From a virus, in the UHGV virus genome UHGV-0206207: a stretch of DNA of 39,489 bases; one strand, given 5' to 3'. Each line of letters opens with the position of its first letter. Positions within the stretch are counted from its first letter, which is position 1. The notes below the pieces were generated by a model. That model saw only the letters and a list, made by a program, of their open reading frames with translations. It was not told the origin of the DNA and searched no databases. Position numbers and translations under genes: made by a program. Shown here in pieces: positions 1 to 10,260 of this stretch.

Positions 1-498
1 ATGAAAAAGAAAATTATAGCTATGTTATTAACTGGAGCTATTGTATTGTCCATTACAGCATGTGATGGAAATACGGACTCCGAAAAAGATAACAAGGCAA
101 ATGCAGAAACCACAACAAAGCAAGAAGAACCAGAGGTTGCGGTTACATATCAAAGCATTCTTGATGATTATACGAAGAAGATCGCTGATGCGACTCCGGG
201 ACTTGTGGAAGAATATAATAACGAAGCAGCTCCGATTGCTGGAGACTTAAATGCGCTTGCTGAATTATCAAATAGCAAGGTTGAAAAACTAGCCGAGATT
301 TCTAATCAGGGAGTTTCTGAAATGGCTACGCTAATGCAGAAAAACGGGGATGAGTACAGTGTTTATGAAGAATGGTCATTGAAATTAACTGACGTATACA
401 CCCAATACGCCAAGCAGATCACTGACGCATACACTTCTTCCGCTGCCGGTATGAGTACGGAAGACTTAATGAACTCTCTCGATTCTTTAGGACAATAA
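1..498 (+). CDS. putative lipoprotein, either host or a phage Ltp-like conversion gene
   Basis: The N-terminus MKKKIIAMLLTGAIVLSITAC is a signal peptide with lipobox ITAC followed by Cys. It is a 165-aa hydrophilic protein. It sits upstream of the serine recombinase on the same strand, and the window begins at its ATG. Confidence 0.6.
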   Translation: MKKKIIAMLLTGAIVLSITACDGNTDSEKDNKANAETTTKQEEPEVAVTYQSILDDYTKKIADATPGLVEEYNNEAAPIAGDLNALAELSNSKVEKLAEISNQGVSEMATLMQKNGDEYSVYEEWSLKLTDVYTQYAKQITDAYTSSAAGMSTEDLMNSLDSLGQ

Positions 499-502
499 AA
501 TA

Positions 503-531
503 CCGCCCCAGTGTTGGTAGCACTGGGGCGG
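503..531. other. 11-bp GC-rich stem-loop (CCGCCCCAGTG-7nt-CACTGGGGCGG) just after the lipoprotein stop
   Basis: Perfect 11-bp stem seen in the sequence. An A-tract lies 5' on the plus strand, so the U-tract is on the minus strand, and there is no T-run on the plus side. It is therefore not a canonical plus-strand intrinsic terminator. It could be a minus-orientation terminator or part of an att or regulatory site. Confidence 0.35.
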
Positions 532-540
532 CAATACACA

Positions 541-588
541 TCCGAAGATATGCACTTATAAACCAAGAATATTGTATCATCTTCGGAA
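541..588. repeat. imperfect inverted repeat CCGAAGAT-N29-ATCTTCGG upstream of the recombinase; candidate att half-site or recombinase-binding site
   Basis: 8-bp perfect inverted repeat arms read directly. The size and symmetry resemble serine-integrase att sites. This is inference only. Confidence 0.2.
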
Positions 589-664
589 ACAGCTTGCAAG
601 CGGAACATATGTTTTGCGCTGGCTGTTATTTTTGTACCCAAATTTAAATACAATTACATAGGAG

Positions 665-2101
665 ATGATATTTATGGATGTAATGGGCGTAAGATATGCC
701 TTTGGATATGTTCGCGTGTCTACCGACAAGCAGGATGAGCTATCCCCTGCTTCCCAAGAAAAGCTGCTGCGTGAGTATGCGGCTAAAAACAATATTATCA
801 TTTTGAAAATTTTCTACGAGATTGGCGTTTCTGGAAGAAATGCTGGCAAGCGCCCGGAGTTCCAGAAAATGATCGGTCTCGCAAAGTCTCCAGAGCATCC
901 AGTAGACTTAATCCTCGTGTGGAAGTTTAGTCGTTTTGCCAGAAACCAAGAGGAATCCATTGTTTATAAATCACTTCTGCGCAGACAGAGCAACGTAGAT
1001 GTTATAAGCGTGTCGGAGCCTCTGATTGATGGACCATTTGGAACCCTAATTGAGCGAATAATTGAATGGATGGATGAATATTACTCCATTCGCCTTTCGG
1101 ATGAAGTTTTGCGCGGCATGAAAGAAAAGGCTACTAAAAACGGATACCAACTCTCTCCGACTCTTGGATACCGAGCTGTCGGAAATGGAAAACCGTTTGT
1201 GGTGGATGAGGAAGAGATGAAAATCGTAGACTTTATCTGTAATGAATTCGATTACGAAAATTCAGATGTTACCAAGATCACCAGAAAATTAAACGACATG
1301 GGATTCCGTACACGGCGGGGCAATCTGTTTGAATCACGTAGCGTGGAACGTATATTAAAGAACCCATTTTACTACGGACTCGTTGTGTGGAATGGGATCT
1401 CTTTTATGGGAACCCATGATGTCCGTTACACGCAAGAGCGTTTTGAAGAACGCATGAAGAAAATGCAGGCATTGTATAAGCCGATAAAACGTAGAGATGT
1501 ATCCTCATGCAAACATTGGCTGTCCGGTCTTTTAAAGTGCGGATATTGCGGCGCTTCTTTATCTTACAATGGAGCGAACAGGCACTCACCCGGATTCCAG
1601 TGCTATCGATATAGCAAGGGAATACATTCTGAATCCTGTTCTATATCAGAAAAGAAAGTGATTGCTGCGATTGAAGAATACTTTGAAAAACTGCTTTCCG
1701 GTATGAATTTTGAATATTCGTACCGTGCGCCAGAAACCGGAGAAAAAATCCCAAAACGTAAATCGCTTGAAGCTGAACTTGACAGAATAGCTACCAGAGA
1801 GGAACGGATTCGCCTTGCTTTCGAAAATGAAGTAGATACCTTGGAAGAATACAAACAGAACAAAGAACGACTCAGAAAAGTAAGAGATGATATTCTGAAT
1901 CAAATCAACAATCTGGATGAAGATGATGAAAATGTGACATCAAAAGAAGATGTGCTGAAAAATGTAAAAACTGTATATGATGTGATTAAAAATGACGAGA
2001 TTGACTACGATACAAAAGGCTCTTTCATGAGAAGTTTGGTTGAAGATATCGTTTACGACAAGAAAAGCGGTAAACTGATCTTTCACCTTTACACCTCGTG
2101 A
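665..2101 (+). CDS. large serine recombinase (phage integrase); start more likely at the ATG at 674, which sits 9 nt after GGAG
   Basis: N-terminal YAFGYVRVSTDKQ is the resolvase/invertase catalytic-serine motif. The 478-aa length, a C-terminal Cys cluster (CGYCGASLSYN...C) and a coiled-coil tail are typical of large serine integrases. Confidence 0.9.
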   Translation: MIFMDVMGVRYAFGYVRVSTDKQDELSPASQEKLLREYAAKNNIIILKIFYEIGVSGRNAGKRPEFQKMIGLAKSPEHPVDLILVWKFSRFARNQEESIVYKSLLRRQSNVDVISVSEPLIDGPFGTLIERIIEWMDEYYSIRLSDEVLRGMKEKATKNGYQLSPTLGYRAVGNGKPFVVDEEEMKIVDFICNEFDYENSDVTKITRKLNDMGFRTRRGNLFESRSVERILKNPFYYGLVVWNGISFMGTHDVRYTQERFEERMKKMQALYKPIKRRDVSSCKHWLSGLLKCGYCGASLSYNGANRHSPGFQCYRYSKGIHSESCSISEKKVIAAIEEYFEKLLSGMNFEYSYRAPETGEKIPKRKSLEAELDRIATREERIRLAFENEVDTLEEYKQNKERLRKVRDDILNQINNLDEDDENVTSKEDVLKNVKTVYDVIKNDEIDYDTKGSFMRSLVEDIVYDKKSGKLIFHLYTS

Positions 2102-2223
2102 GACCGCTAATGGAGAGGGTTTGCGGATATGTTATAGGTTACTGCAATCCGGGCCACCAAATAACAATAACCTATAATATTTCTACATATTATAAATATA
2201 CACGAAAATGATACAATATTCAC

Positions 2224-2258
2224 CCCCTCAGAGAGCAGCTCTCTGAGGGGATTTTATT
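2224..2258. terminator. bidirectional rho-independent terminator between the convergent integrase and endolysin genes
   Basis: CCCCTCAGAGA-gcagc-TCTCTGAGGGG is a perfect 11-bp stem. It is followed by ATTTTATT on the plus strand and by a T-rich stretch on the minus side. Confidence 0.75.
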
Positions 2259-3234
2259 AGAACAACTGGAATCTATCGATTGCCTGTCCGAACGCTCCAG
2301 CATATCCGTCCTGTCCGTTTCCGGTCTCGTTATCATACTGCCATGACCAGTAAGCTCCATTTACAGGGCTGACACGGTACTGCGCTTTCTGGTAGCCATA
2401 TTTTGCCGCATAATCCGCTGGAGTATTGTAGTACACCTCGATTGCGTCAATCGGCTGTCCGGTACCTGCATAACCATTGTTGTGATCATTCCAGTTGCAT
2501 CCGGTCACATAAGGCAGCCATCCTCTGCCAATCACGTGGACTCTGTATTTTACGGAGCCTTTGTCTGCCTTAATAGCCACGTCTGTGATTTTCTTCCCTT
2601 GGATTCCGGCAAAATCTGTGAGATTCCGTACAAACGGCAAGATGCGTCCGTCCTCCAGCTTGACGGCATAGGTAAATACTACTTCCGGCTGCTGTGACGC
2701 CGATACCTGTCCGGATCCCTGTCCACCAGATACGTAAGTTGGTGGCGTGACATTGCCGGCCATATACTCCTTAATCCGCTTGATAAAGTAGGATTTCGTA
2801 GCTTCTCTGCCACCGTGGATTTCTACAGATCTGTGAGGGCATGATGTGGCATACACTTCCTGATGGAGTCTGATTGTGCTTGTGCTTGGTGTGATTCCGT
2901 ACTGCTTACACTTCTGTGCCGCCAACTGCAATGCTTTTTCCTCGTTTGCTTTAAATACATCCAGATCACCCATGCTCTGGCATGTTTCGATTCCAAGATA
3001 ATTTAAGTTCCCGTTTGTGTCTCCGCAGTGCCAAGCACAATTCCAGTCATCCTCTGCCTGCAAGATTCCATCCTGCGCTACATAATAGTGCGCAAATCCG
3101 TTTTCCAGAGGATGTGTCTGTAACCAATTTCTGTAAAATTCTGCATTGGCGTTCTTGCTTCCAGCGCCATTGTGAAAAAAGATTCCTACCGGATTTCTTC
3201 CTCTGTTTCCTGCTACTCCACGACAAATACTCAT
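2257..3234 (-). CDS. endolysin: N-acetylmuramoyl-L-alanine amidase (amidase_2/PGRP-type) with a C-terminal cell-wall-binding region
   Basis: It is the last gene of the late operon, after XhlA and holin. The N-terminal domain carries amidase_2-like H/Y/W/C residues (FFHNGAGS...AHYYV...WHCGD...GIETCQ...CPHR). The C-terminal ~150 aa is aromatic- and Gly-rich. Confidence 0.75.
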   Translation of the reverse strand: MSICRGVAGNRGRNPVGIFFHNGAGSKNANAEFYRNWLQTHPLENGFAHYYVAQDGILQAEDDWNCAWHCGDTNGNLNYLGIETCQSMGDLDVFKANEEKALQLAAQKCKQYGITPSTSTIRLHQEVYATSCPHRSVEIHGGREATKSYFIKRIKEYMAGNVTPPTYVSGGQGSGQVSASQQPEVVFTYAVKLEDGRILPFVRNLTDFAGIQGKKITDVAIKADKGSVKYRVHVIGRGWLPYVTGCNWNDHNNGYAGTGQPIDAIEVYYNTPADYAAKYGYQKAQYRVSPVNGAYWSWQYDNETGNGQDGYAGAFGQAIDRFQLF

Positions 3235-3301
3235 ATTTCTTCTCCTTTCTGTGCGATGTCGACAATAAAAGAGAGCCTGTTTCCAAGCTCCCTGAAATTA
3301 T

Positions 3302-3550
3302 CTACTTATATGTAAGTGCCCTCTCTGAATCTCCTGTGCCAGGTGTTGTTGGGTCTACCACTACACCAAGGATTGCCAGTACTGCAAAAAGTGCATTGAT
3401 TACGGTTAATAGCTTATCCCCAAGGTCTCCAAGGTCGATGGTAAGACCAAACACTGCCGCAATCGCCTGTATCAATAGTAAGATTGCTGGGATCAGCGCT
3501 ACCCAGAAAGCCTTGTTTTTAATTCTTACAATCCAGTTAATCTTCTTCAT
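3302..3550 (-). CDS. holin, 82 aa with two transmembrane segments
   Basis: Small protein with a charged N-terminus, two hydrophobic helices (WVALIPAILLLIQAIAAVF and LLTVINALFAVLAILGVVV) and a charged C-terminus. It lies between XhlA and the endolysin. Confidence 0.7.
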   Translation of the reverse strand: MKKINWIVRIKNKAFWVALIPAILLLIQAIAAVFGLTIDLGDLGDKLLTVINALFAVLAILGVVVDPTTPGTGDSERALTYK

Positions 3551-3565
3551 TTTTTAATCTCCTTT

Positions 3566-3847
3566 TTACAAATACATTGCTACCACAGCCCCGATCACGG
3601 CTCCAATCAGTGCTGTCACTACTCCATCCCATCGTCTGGCTGGAGTCTGCTCCAGATGCGTCACTTTTGCGGTTAACTGTACCAATGTCTGGTTCATAAA
3701 GCCGACCTCCTTGGTCAGTCCTACCATTTCCTGCGCCAGCTGGTGTACCACACTCACAACGTCCTCTGCTTCTTTCATTCGGTGCTTTAGAGAGCCGATC
3801 TCCTTGCCGTGCTCTGCAAGTTTCACTTCTACTTCATTTTCTGTCAT
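3566..3847 (-). CDS. XhlA-family protein (hemolysin XhlA-like lysis accessory); probable start at MTENEV, with GGAGG 6 nt upstream
   Basis: Coiled-coil N-terminal region plus one C-terminal transmembrane helix (VVTALIGAVIGAVVAMYL). Its position before the holin is typical of PBSX/SPP1-like lysis cassettes. Confidence 0.65.
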   Translation of the reverse strand: MTENEVEVKLAEHGKEIGSLKHRMKEAEDVVSVVHQLAQEMVGLTKEVGFMNQTLVQLTAKVTHLEQTPARRWDGVVTALIGAVIGAVVAMYL

Positions 3848-3919
3848 GTCTTTCCTCCGGTTTTTAAAATATAAAAATAAGACCATCACGGTCTTGCTCT
3901 GATCTCCATATTCACTCCT

Positions 3920-6900
3920 TTAGTCATCCGTAATCCATGTGATAGACAAGTGCCTCTCTGTCCAATTTGGGTTATTGACATAGATTGCAATTCCACCGTC
4001 TTTGCTGATTAGATATCGACCAGTTCCAAGGAGCCGGGAGCCGGACACCTCGTTGTAAGGTGTTCTGATGTCGAGCACTGGGCGATACCCAACAGGGATT
4101 CGCACCTCGTTAAACGCTCCGAAGCTTCCGCTATTCGGGAACTGCGCAAGCATTGTGATATTACATGTTACCATACACCCTCTCCTTTTTAACTCTACAC
4201 GGATGTTATTTGCGGAGTTTGTGCTTGTATATGGACCTTTCACGGTGCCGGAATCGTAATTGCGATACGCATATATGCTTATACGTGGGGATACAGAATT
4301 TCTTGCATATATCATTTCATCCTCAAACTGGATTGTCGTTGCTTTTCTTGTATTTTCATTTGTAAACATGATGTTTTGCAAGTTCACGCTCATAGTAGCT
4401 CGATCTGTTGTCGGAGCCTTACCGGAGAAAGCCAAATACGCATTACTCAATGACGCAACATTTTCCACTGCTCCTTGCACGATTTTCTTGCTAATAATCT
4501 TTCCGGATGTAACATCGATAAGCATTGTTCCATTCTTATCCTTAATAAGTCCGGCAGTTACAGTTCCAAGATCTGCCGCTATCGCACTTAAAGTCTGTGC
4601 GTTTAAGTTATCAACAGAAATATAATGGATCACCCATTTACTTCCATCCCACCGCTTGATCGGCTGACCGGATGCCGTTTGCCATAACTGGCCAACTTTA
4701 GGATTTGACGGAGCCGTAGAAGATACAATTATGCCACTTGGTCCTGTAGCACCGGTCGCCCCCTTATCACCGTATACTCCGATGATACATGGTGCTGATT
4801 GATACGTGCTACCATTTGTATAGGTAACAACTTCATAATTCCACAGATATTTTTTTGACACTGTTATTGCTTGTACAGTTGTAGTCCATCCTGATGTGGA
4901 CGCTGACACACCACTTCCGCTTGCCGTTGCAAGATAATAATTCGTGATAGACTTTATTCCGTTTCCAGTTGCTCCTTGCGGCCCCGTTGCGCCAGTTGCC
5001 CCTTGCGGTCCTTTCGGGCCTGTCGCTCCTTGTGGCCCCTGGGGACCTGTTGCACCTGCATTTCCTTGAGGTCCTTGCGGACCAGTAGCTCCTGTTGTTC
5101 CTTTGTCTCCGTATATCCCGATTATTTTTGGCGTAGTGGTCGCTGTGGTATTATCTGTAAACGTAAATTTTTCATAGTTCCACAAGTATTTATTTGTTGC
5201 TGTCATCGTCGGAACTGATGTACTCCAACCGCTTGACGCTGTTGTAATTCCTGTTTTTGCGGAAGAAATCAAATAATATTCTGTAATGGTTTTTATCCCT
5301 CTTCCTGATGTCCCCGCCGGCCCTTGTGGTCCCGTTGCTCCTTGTGGTCCTGTAGCACCTTGTTCTCCTTTAATCTTCGCCCACTTATAAGATCCAACAC
5401 TTGCAGGATCGGACTGATTGTAATCCACACAAGTACCGATATACGTTCCCACATCTTCTCCGCTGTTTCCGGTAAACGTTTTTCCTCCATCATTGGAATA
5501 TTTAATGTGCAGATAACTTGTCTTGCCGTTTGTGCCGTTTGTTCCCGGAATTCCCTGCGTTCCCTGGGGACCCTGGGCTCCTTGGAAACGTGACCAGGTA
5601 TATTTCTTTGGATCCGTGCTATCTTCCTGTGTGAAGTCTACGTAAGTACCAATATATGTGTTAGGTATCTCTGTCATCTGGTTAGAGGTGGTTGGATTCG
5701 ATACTGCGGAATACTTGATGTGAAAATAGGTGCTCTTCCCTTTAATATTGGTTCCGCTTGGTACAGGTCTGCTATCTAAGACAGGTGCTGTCTGCTTATA
5801 ATTTCCATTCTGCCATGTATATCCTGTTGGCTTAGGTGTCCAGTTGACCACAAAATCAGTCTTTACAAAATATTTACCGCCACCTCTTAAATATAATACA
5901 GGGATTGATCCATAAGTCAGTTGTGTATAGCTGGCAGGCGACACTGAACAGAATGAATACGTGTCTGCATAAATAATACATTCGCCAGAAGTAGTTCCCC
6001 ACCCAGATCCAATGGAAGCCAGATCTAAATTCACCGAGAATCCGCTAACATGTGTACTCCAGGATGGTTTTGTTCCACTATTTAAAGACACATTAACCAA
6101 AATACGATTATAAACACTCGTTGGAAGCTGACTCCCCACAACGGGATACCATTTATTTACATCGTAAGTTTTGGTATCAGATAAGTCTATCGTTGCTGAT
6201 GATCTCCAGTAGTTTACACCTGCAGCTCCAGTATCTCCTTTGGGACCCTGTATCCCTTGTTCACCTTTGGGACCTTGCACTCCTTGCAGACCGGGAACTC
6301 CCTGCGGACCTTGTTCCCCCTGTTCGCCTTTGATCTTTGTCCATGCGTATTTCGTCGGGTCTGTAGAATCCTCTTGCGTAAAATCTGTATACTGTCCAAT
6401 ATAAAACTTCCCAGCGCTGTTCGAAACATCAAACCCTGTCTTTCCATCAGCACTGTTTGCATAGGCGATATGTAAATAACTTGTTTTCCCATCTGCACCA
6501 TTCTTACCAGCAATTCCCTGATCTCCTTTTACGCCTTGCGATCCTTTAAACTGCGACCAGGTATATCTTGCAGGATCTGTAGAATCTTCCTGTACAAAGT
6601 CCACATAAGTTCCAATATAAGCAGACGGCGTCTCTGTCATCTGACTGAACGTTGTCGGCTTTGCCACAGAAGAATACTTGATGTGGAAATAACTGGTCTT
6701 TCCATTCGCACCAGCTGTTCCAGGAATCCCCTGTTCTCCTTTTTCTCCTTGCAATCCTTGTAGCCCACGTTCCCCCTGTTCGCCTTTGATCTTTGTCCAT
6801 GTATACTTCGCAGCATCTGTACTATCTGCCTGTGTATAATCTGTATACTGCCCGATATAGAGCTTATTTGTACCATCCGTGGTGGAAAATCCCGTCTTTC

Positions 6901-8728
6901 CATCTGCGCTGTTTGCATAGGCGATATGTAGATATGGGGTCTTTCCATCAGCTCCCGGCTTTCCGGGTGTTCCGTTTGCTCCGTCCGCACCTTTGATCTT
7001 TGTCCATGCGTATTTTTTCGGGTCTGTGCTGTCATTTTGCGTAAAATCAACGTACATTCCGACATAATCCCGATTGCTGTCGGATACAGAAAAATCTTTA
7101 GACCCGTCTGCACTGTTTGCATAAGCAATGTGAGTGTACTGTGTTTTTCCGTCAACTCCGTCTTTTCCCGGGATTCCTTGATCCCCCTTTGGACCCTGTA
7201 TACCATCCAATCCCGGAGCGCCTTGTGGACCCGGAGGCCCCTGTTCGCCTTGCTCTCCTTTCTCACCTTGCGGACCCTGTTCCCCGTCTTTTCCATCGGA
7301 TACATCCGTAACCGTTACTTCTTCAAATCCCCTTAGGACTCCCTCTGTATCCCTTGCTTCAAATTTGTAGACCGCCTTGCTCTCCACATCCAAAGCTTGA
7401 ACTTTTATGGTCCGGCCGTCATAAATATGATTTCCACCCTTAAACCAACGAATGGTAAAGCTCTCTGTCCGGTCGATTCCATTATCCATCACATTTGCGG
7501 TCAGATTCGTAACTCCCTCGTTATTCTTGAAGATAATTCCGTTATCCGTAGAAATACTGCTGGTGTAAATTTTTGTTTTGTTAATCAGATCCTCTACTTT
7601 CTGCAGCAAATCTTCAGAGATTTCCGGCTGCAGCTCTTTAAAATTGGTAAAGACTGTCTTGTTTGCTTGCGGATTCGTGAAACTGCGAACCTGCTCCGAT
7701 ACTCTTACACTCAAGTATAAGGTAGGAACGTACTCCTCATCTTCGATCTCCACGGTATCTCCGATAGCGGTATCAAAGTATCCCGTCACATCATAAGTCA
7801 CAGCCGGTTCAGATGCGGTTTTAAGATCTGACAGCGCCATACTGTACAGTTTGTCTTTGTTATCCGTATCGTAGGATTTTGGCATAAAGATGTATCCGTC
7901 TTCCTTGTTTATCAGGTTTGATGGAAATCTGTCCCTTGCCTGTGGTGCCCGGATATCTGGACCTTGTGTATAAAACTCTACTACACCGTTCTCATCCAGC
8001 TCTTCTTTCTCAATTCCCTGTATAGTCAGTCCATCCTTTCCTGTTGGACGGATACCGGTGTACAGGTTTTCGATACTGGATTCCTTCCGGATGCCGGTAA
8101 CATTTTTCCCGTACCGCAGTTTGATATCTCCCCGGAACTCCCCAACTCCCGTGTTATTGTCTGAGTGTTCCCGATACACGTTCATTACAATTTCTTTCAG
8201 TGAATAATCATCATTTAACACAGTCTGGAACTCAATCTCCGCATCGAATACATTCGCCACGGAAAATAAACGGGACAGTACCGTTGCCTCACCTGTCCAT
8301 TCGTTTGAAATCCGCTTATCTGACACTTCATTGATCCCGATCCGCACGGTACGTTCCGGATCAAAGGCAGTTACATATTCCTCAAAGCTCATTGCGCTTT
8401 CAGATTTGTATGCCCCAACATTCTCGTTGATCAATTCGAAGCTTAAAGACCATGCTGTCGCAGTAACTGTAAATTCATCCTTTTCCACATGTACGATATT
8501 CAGATAGTAGTCTTTTCCGTTATATACAAAGGCTACTTTATTCCCTTCCACGATATACGCCGCATCCTCGTGTTTGGAACTTACCGTAAATGCGTATGTA
8601 TTCGCTGTCCCCTGCAGATATTCATGGAGCTCATCGTTCCAATAATGCATAGAGTTTCGATGGGTGTTATCCAAAAATGCAAGCACCCTGTCATGTGGAT
8701 TCAGTACGGCAATTCTGATTTCATTCAT
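3920..8728 (-). CDS. tail-associated protein / host-specificity (Tal-RBP fusion) with collagen-like Gly-X-Y tracts and at least 7 repeated ~70-aa modules
   Basis: 1602 aa, immediately downstream of Dit. The N-terminal ~400 aa look like the Tal/prophage-tail-endopeptidase N-domain. The centre holds many GxxGxxG collagen stretches that alternate with repeated modules ([19 protein letters not shown]...[32 protein letters not shown]). The C-terminal ~450 aa is a distinct domain. Confidence 0.75.
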   Translation of the reverse strand: MNEIRIAVLNPHDRVLAFLDNTHRNSMHYWNDELHEYLQGTANTYAFTVSSKHEDAAYIVEGNKVAFVYNGKDYYLNIVHVEKDEFTVTATAWSLSFELINENVGAYKSESAMSFEEYVTAFDPERTVRIGINEVSDKRISNEWTGEATVLSRLFSVANVFDAEIEFQTVLNDDYSLKEIVMNVYREHSDNNTGVGEFRGDIKLRYGKNVTGIRKESSIENLYTGIRPTGKDGLTIQGIEKEELDENGVVEFYTQGPDIRAPQARDRFPSNLINKEDGYIFMPKSYDTDNKDKLYSMALSDLKTASEPAVTYDVTGYFDTAIGDTVEIEDEEYVPTLYLSVRVSEQVRSFTNPQANKTVFTNFKELQPEISEDLLQKVEDLINKTKIYTSSISTDNGIIFKNNEGVTNLTANVMDNGIDRTESFTIRWFKGGNHIYDGRTIKVQALDVESKAVYKFEARDTEGVLRGFEEVTVTDVSDGKDGEQGPQGEKGEQGEQGPPGPQGAPGLDGIQGPKGDQGIPGKDGVDGKTQYTHIAYANSADGSKDFSVSDSNRDYVGMYVDFTQNDSTDPKKYAWTKIKGADGANGTPGKPGADGKTPYLHIAYANSADGKTGFSTTDGTNKLYIGQYTDYTQADSTDAAKYTWTKIKGEQGERGLQGLQGEKGEQGIPGTAGANGKTSYFHIKYSSVAKPTTFSQMTETPSAYIGTYVDFVQEDSTDPARYTWSQFKGSQGVKGDQGIAGKNGADGKTSYLHIAYANSADGKTGFDVSNSAGKFYIGQYTDFTQEDSTDPTKYAWTKIKGEQGEQGPQGVPGLQGVQGPKGEQGIQGPKGDTGAAGVNYWRSSATIDLSDTKTYDVNKWYPVVGSQLPTSVYNRILVNVSLNSGTKPSWSTHVSGFSVNLDLASIGSGWGTTSGECIIYADTYSFCSVSPASYTQLTYGSIPVLYLRGGGKYFVKTDFVVNWTPKPTGYTWQNGNYKQTAPVLDSRPVPSGTNIKGKSTYFHIKYSAVSNPTTSNQMTEIPNTYIGTYVDFTQEDSTDPKKYTWSRFQGAQGPQGTQGIPGTNGTNGKTSYLHIKYSNDGGKTFTGNSGEDVGTYIGTCVDYNQSDPASVGSYKWAKIKGEQGATGPQGATGPQGPAGTSGRGIKTITEYYLISSAKTGITTASSGWSTSVPTMTATNKYLWNYEKFTFTDNTTATTTPKIIGIYGDKGTTGATGPQGPQGNAGATGPQGPQGATGPKGPQGATGATGPQGATGNGIKSITNYYLATASGSGVSASTSGWTTTVQAITVSKKYLWNYEVVTYTNGSTYQSAPCIIGVYGDKGATGATGPSGIIVSSTAPSNPKVGQLWQTASGQPIKRWDGSKWVIHYISVDNLNAQTLSAIAADLGTVTAGLIKDKNGTMLIDVTSGKIISKKIVQGAVENVASLSNAYLAFSGKAPTTDRATMSVNLQNIMFTNENTRKATTIQFEDEMIYARNSVSPRISIYAYRNYDSGTVKGPYTSTNSANNIRVELKRRGCMVTCNITMLAQFPNSGSFGAFNEVRIPVGYRPVLDIRTPYNEVSGSRLLGTGRYLISKDGGIAIYVNNPNWTERHLSITWITDD
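5300..7320 (-). repeat. in-frame tandem DNA repeats (period ~285 bp, at least 4-5 diverged copies) inside the tail-fibre gene
   Basis: Near-identical stretches are visible by eye, for example 6290-6510, 6775-6965 and 6975-7150 (TGTTCGCCTTTGATCTTTGTCCATG...GCTGTTTGCATAGGCGATATGTA). They encode the repeated protein modules. Confidence 0.6.
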
Positions 8729-10260
8729 TATAAATACGCCTCCCTTATTTTGGCTTTAATCGTTGGTGGAGGACTGCTAAATGCCGAGTAGGAGAACTGG
8801 ATCTCCGTCTCTCCCGGCGGTACCAGAAAATGCTTACTTCCTCGGATTTCATCTTCCATCCGCTTCATCCCGTTTACATAAACCGCTGTATCATTTCCAT
8901 CAATATAGACCACATCTCCGGACTTATACCGGTTCGGCACATCTCTGTATTTTTCCACGTTATCCTTGCGGAACCAGATACTTTTTAAATAATTGTGCGT
9001 AACCAGCTGATTTCCAAGATCTCTACTTCCCCACTGCCCGATCCAGACCTGTATCTTCTCACACGCCATGTCTTTAATCTCCGGGATAGTAAAATAATAA
9101 TACTGACCGTACCAAAAAATCCGAAGCCGGTCACCCTCTTTTAAGAAATCATTATGCCCGCCACCCATCTTTAAATTAAATGGGTTTCCCTCATAAGCTG
9201 TCGGCTGGAAATCCAGTGTCTTGATCTTCTTGTTTTGTGGCGCGAACCAGTCCACATGCGCCGTATTACCAACCGTATCACTCTTGTTAATAGACATAGA
9301 GCAGATCACTTCATTTTCCCCTGTAAGAAACGCAATAGTCTGTGCTCCCGTCTGTCCCATCAAACCTGTCTCGAACCAGTGCTGCGTGTAACAGTAAAAG
9401 TTCTTCGCTCCACGTCTGCCCTCACTGTCCACCGGGATAGTAAGTGTTTTCATTCCACCATTCCAGTATCCGGATGTTGCTTGTCCACCTTTTAGCGCCA
9501 TCACATTGTATCCAGCAACATTCCGCACTTCCAACGCTCCCTGTGTGGTGTTTTCTGGATTCTGATAAGAGGTACCATGATCGTCTTGAAACAGGCTATA
9601 CCCCTCTGACAGTATCTCTGACGCCTTATAGTCTTCGCCGTCTGCTTCTTCGGTCTTGCCGAGTTGTATTGCACCGTATTTACTGGCAATCCCGATAAAT
9701 CCATTTTCATGGTTGTGAGTGATATCGTAGCTTACCGGAACGGATTCTGTACCACCGTTTACAATAGTAAGCGTCTGATATCCGCTTTCCTGATGAGCGG
9801 TAAACGATTTTTCCGCTGCAGAATATTTCCGTGGATCACAACAATAAAAAGTAAATTCGCTTTTTACGTTCAATCTGCCTGGCTCCACATCTCCGACACT
9901 TGATTTCGTCCCGATAAAATATTTATCCGGTTCATCTGCAAAAATCAGCTTTGCTTGTTCCTTATTTAAGATTCCAGAGAGTTTGTTGAATTTTTCCTGA
10001 AACTCTCTAGGGGATGTGCAAAGCAACTGGTATCCAACTGTAATACTTCTGGTTGTATCTCGCTTTCCCGTATACTCGGACCCATCCACAAGGTCAATTT
10101 CTCTCTCCGAAATTTCCGATCCCAAAAGCTCACGACCGGTCACGTACAGAGTCCGATATCCATCAATTAGATTTTCAATATATGCCCCATCAATCTGCAG
10201 AGCCTCACTCGGCAGGGAGTTTTCACTCCCAACCTCGCCCGTGTCTACAAAATCATACAT
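8728..10260 (-). CDS. distal tail protein (Dit), long form
   Basis: 510 aa, lying between the tape measure and Tal, which is the canonical siphovirus order. Its start overlaps the TMP stop. Confidence 0.65.
   Translation of the reverse strand: MYDFVDTGEVGSENSLPSEALQIDGAYIENLIDGYRTLYVTGRELLGSEISEREIDLVDGSEYTGKRDTTRSITVGYQLLCTSPREFQEKFNKLSGILNKEQAKLIFADEPDKYFIGTKSSVGDVEPGRLNVKSEFTFYCCDPRKYSAAEKSFTAHQESGYQTLTIVNGGTESVPVSYDITHNHENGFIGIASKYGAIQLGKTEEADGEDYKASEILSEGYSLFQDDHGTSYQNPENTTQGALEVRNVAGYNVMALKGGQATSGYWNGGMKTLTIPVDSEGRRGAKNFYCYTQHWFETGLMGQTGAQTIAFLTGENEVICSMSINKSDTVGNTAHVDWFAPQNKKIKTLDFQPTAYEGNPFNLKMGGGHNDFLKEGDRLRIFWYGQYYYFTIPEIKDMACEKIQVWIGQWGSRDLGNQLVTHNYLKSIWFRKDNVEKYRDVPNRYKSGDVVYIDGNDTAVYVNGMKRMEDEIRGSKHFLVPPGETEIQFSYSAFSSPPPTIKAKIREAYL

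Noticed and set aside
503-531. Calling the GC hairpin after the lipoprotein gene a plus-strand intrinsic terminator
   Set aside because: No U-tract follows it on the plus strand, and the A-tract is on the 5' side. It is kept only as a stem-loop of uncertain role.
1404-1903. Minus-strand ORFs 1404..1589, 1603..1863 and 1646..1903 inside the integrase gene
   Set aside because: They are antisense to a well-supported recombinase CDS. They have no RBS and Lys/Phe/Ser-rich low-complexity products.
3920-8728. Diversity-generating retroelement acting on the repeat-rich tail fibre
   Set aside because: No reverse-transcriptase ORF or template-repeat/variable-repeat pair exists anywhere in the window. 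The repeats are in-frame tandem duplications, not a TR/VR pair.
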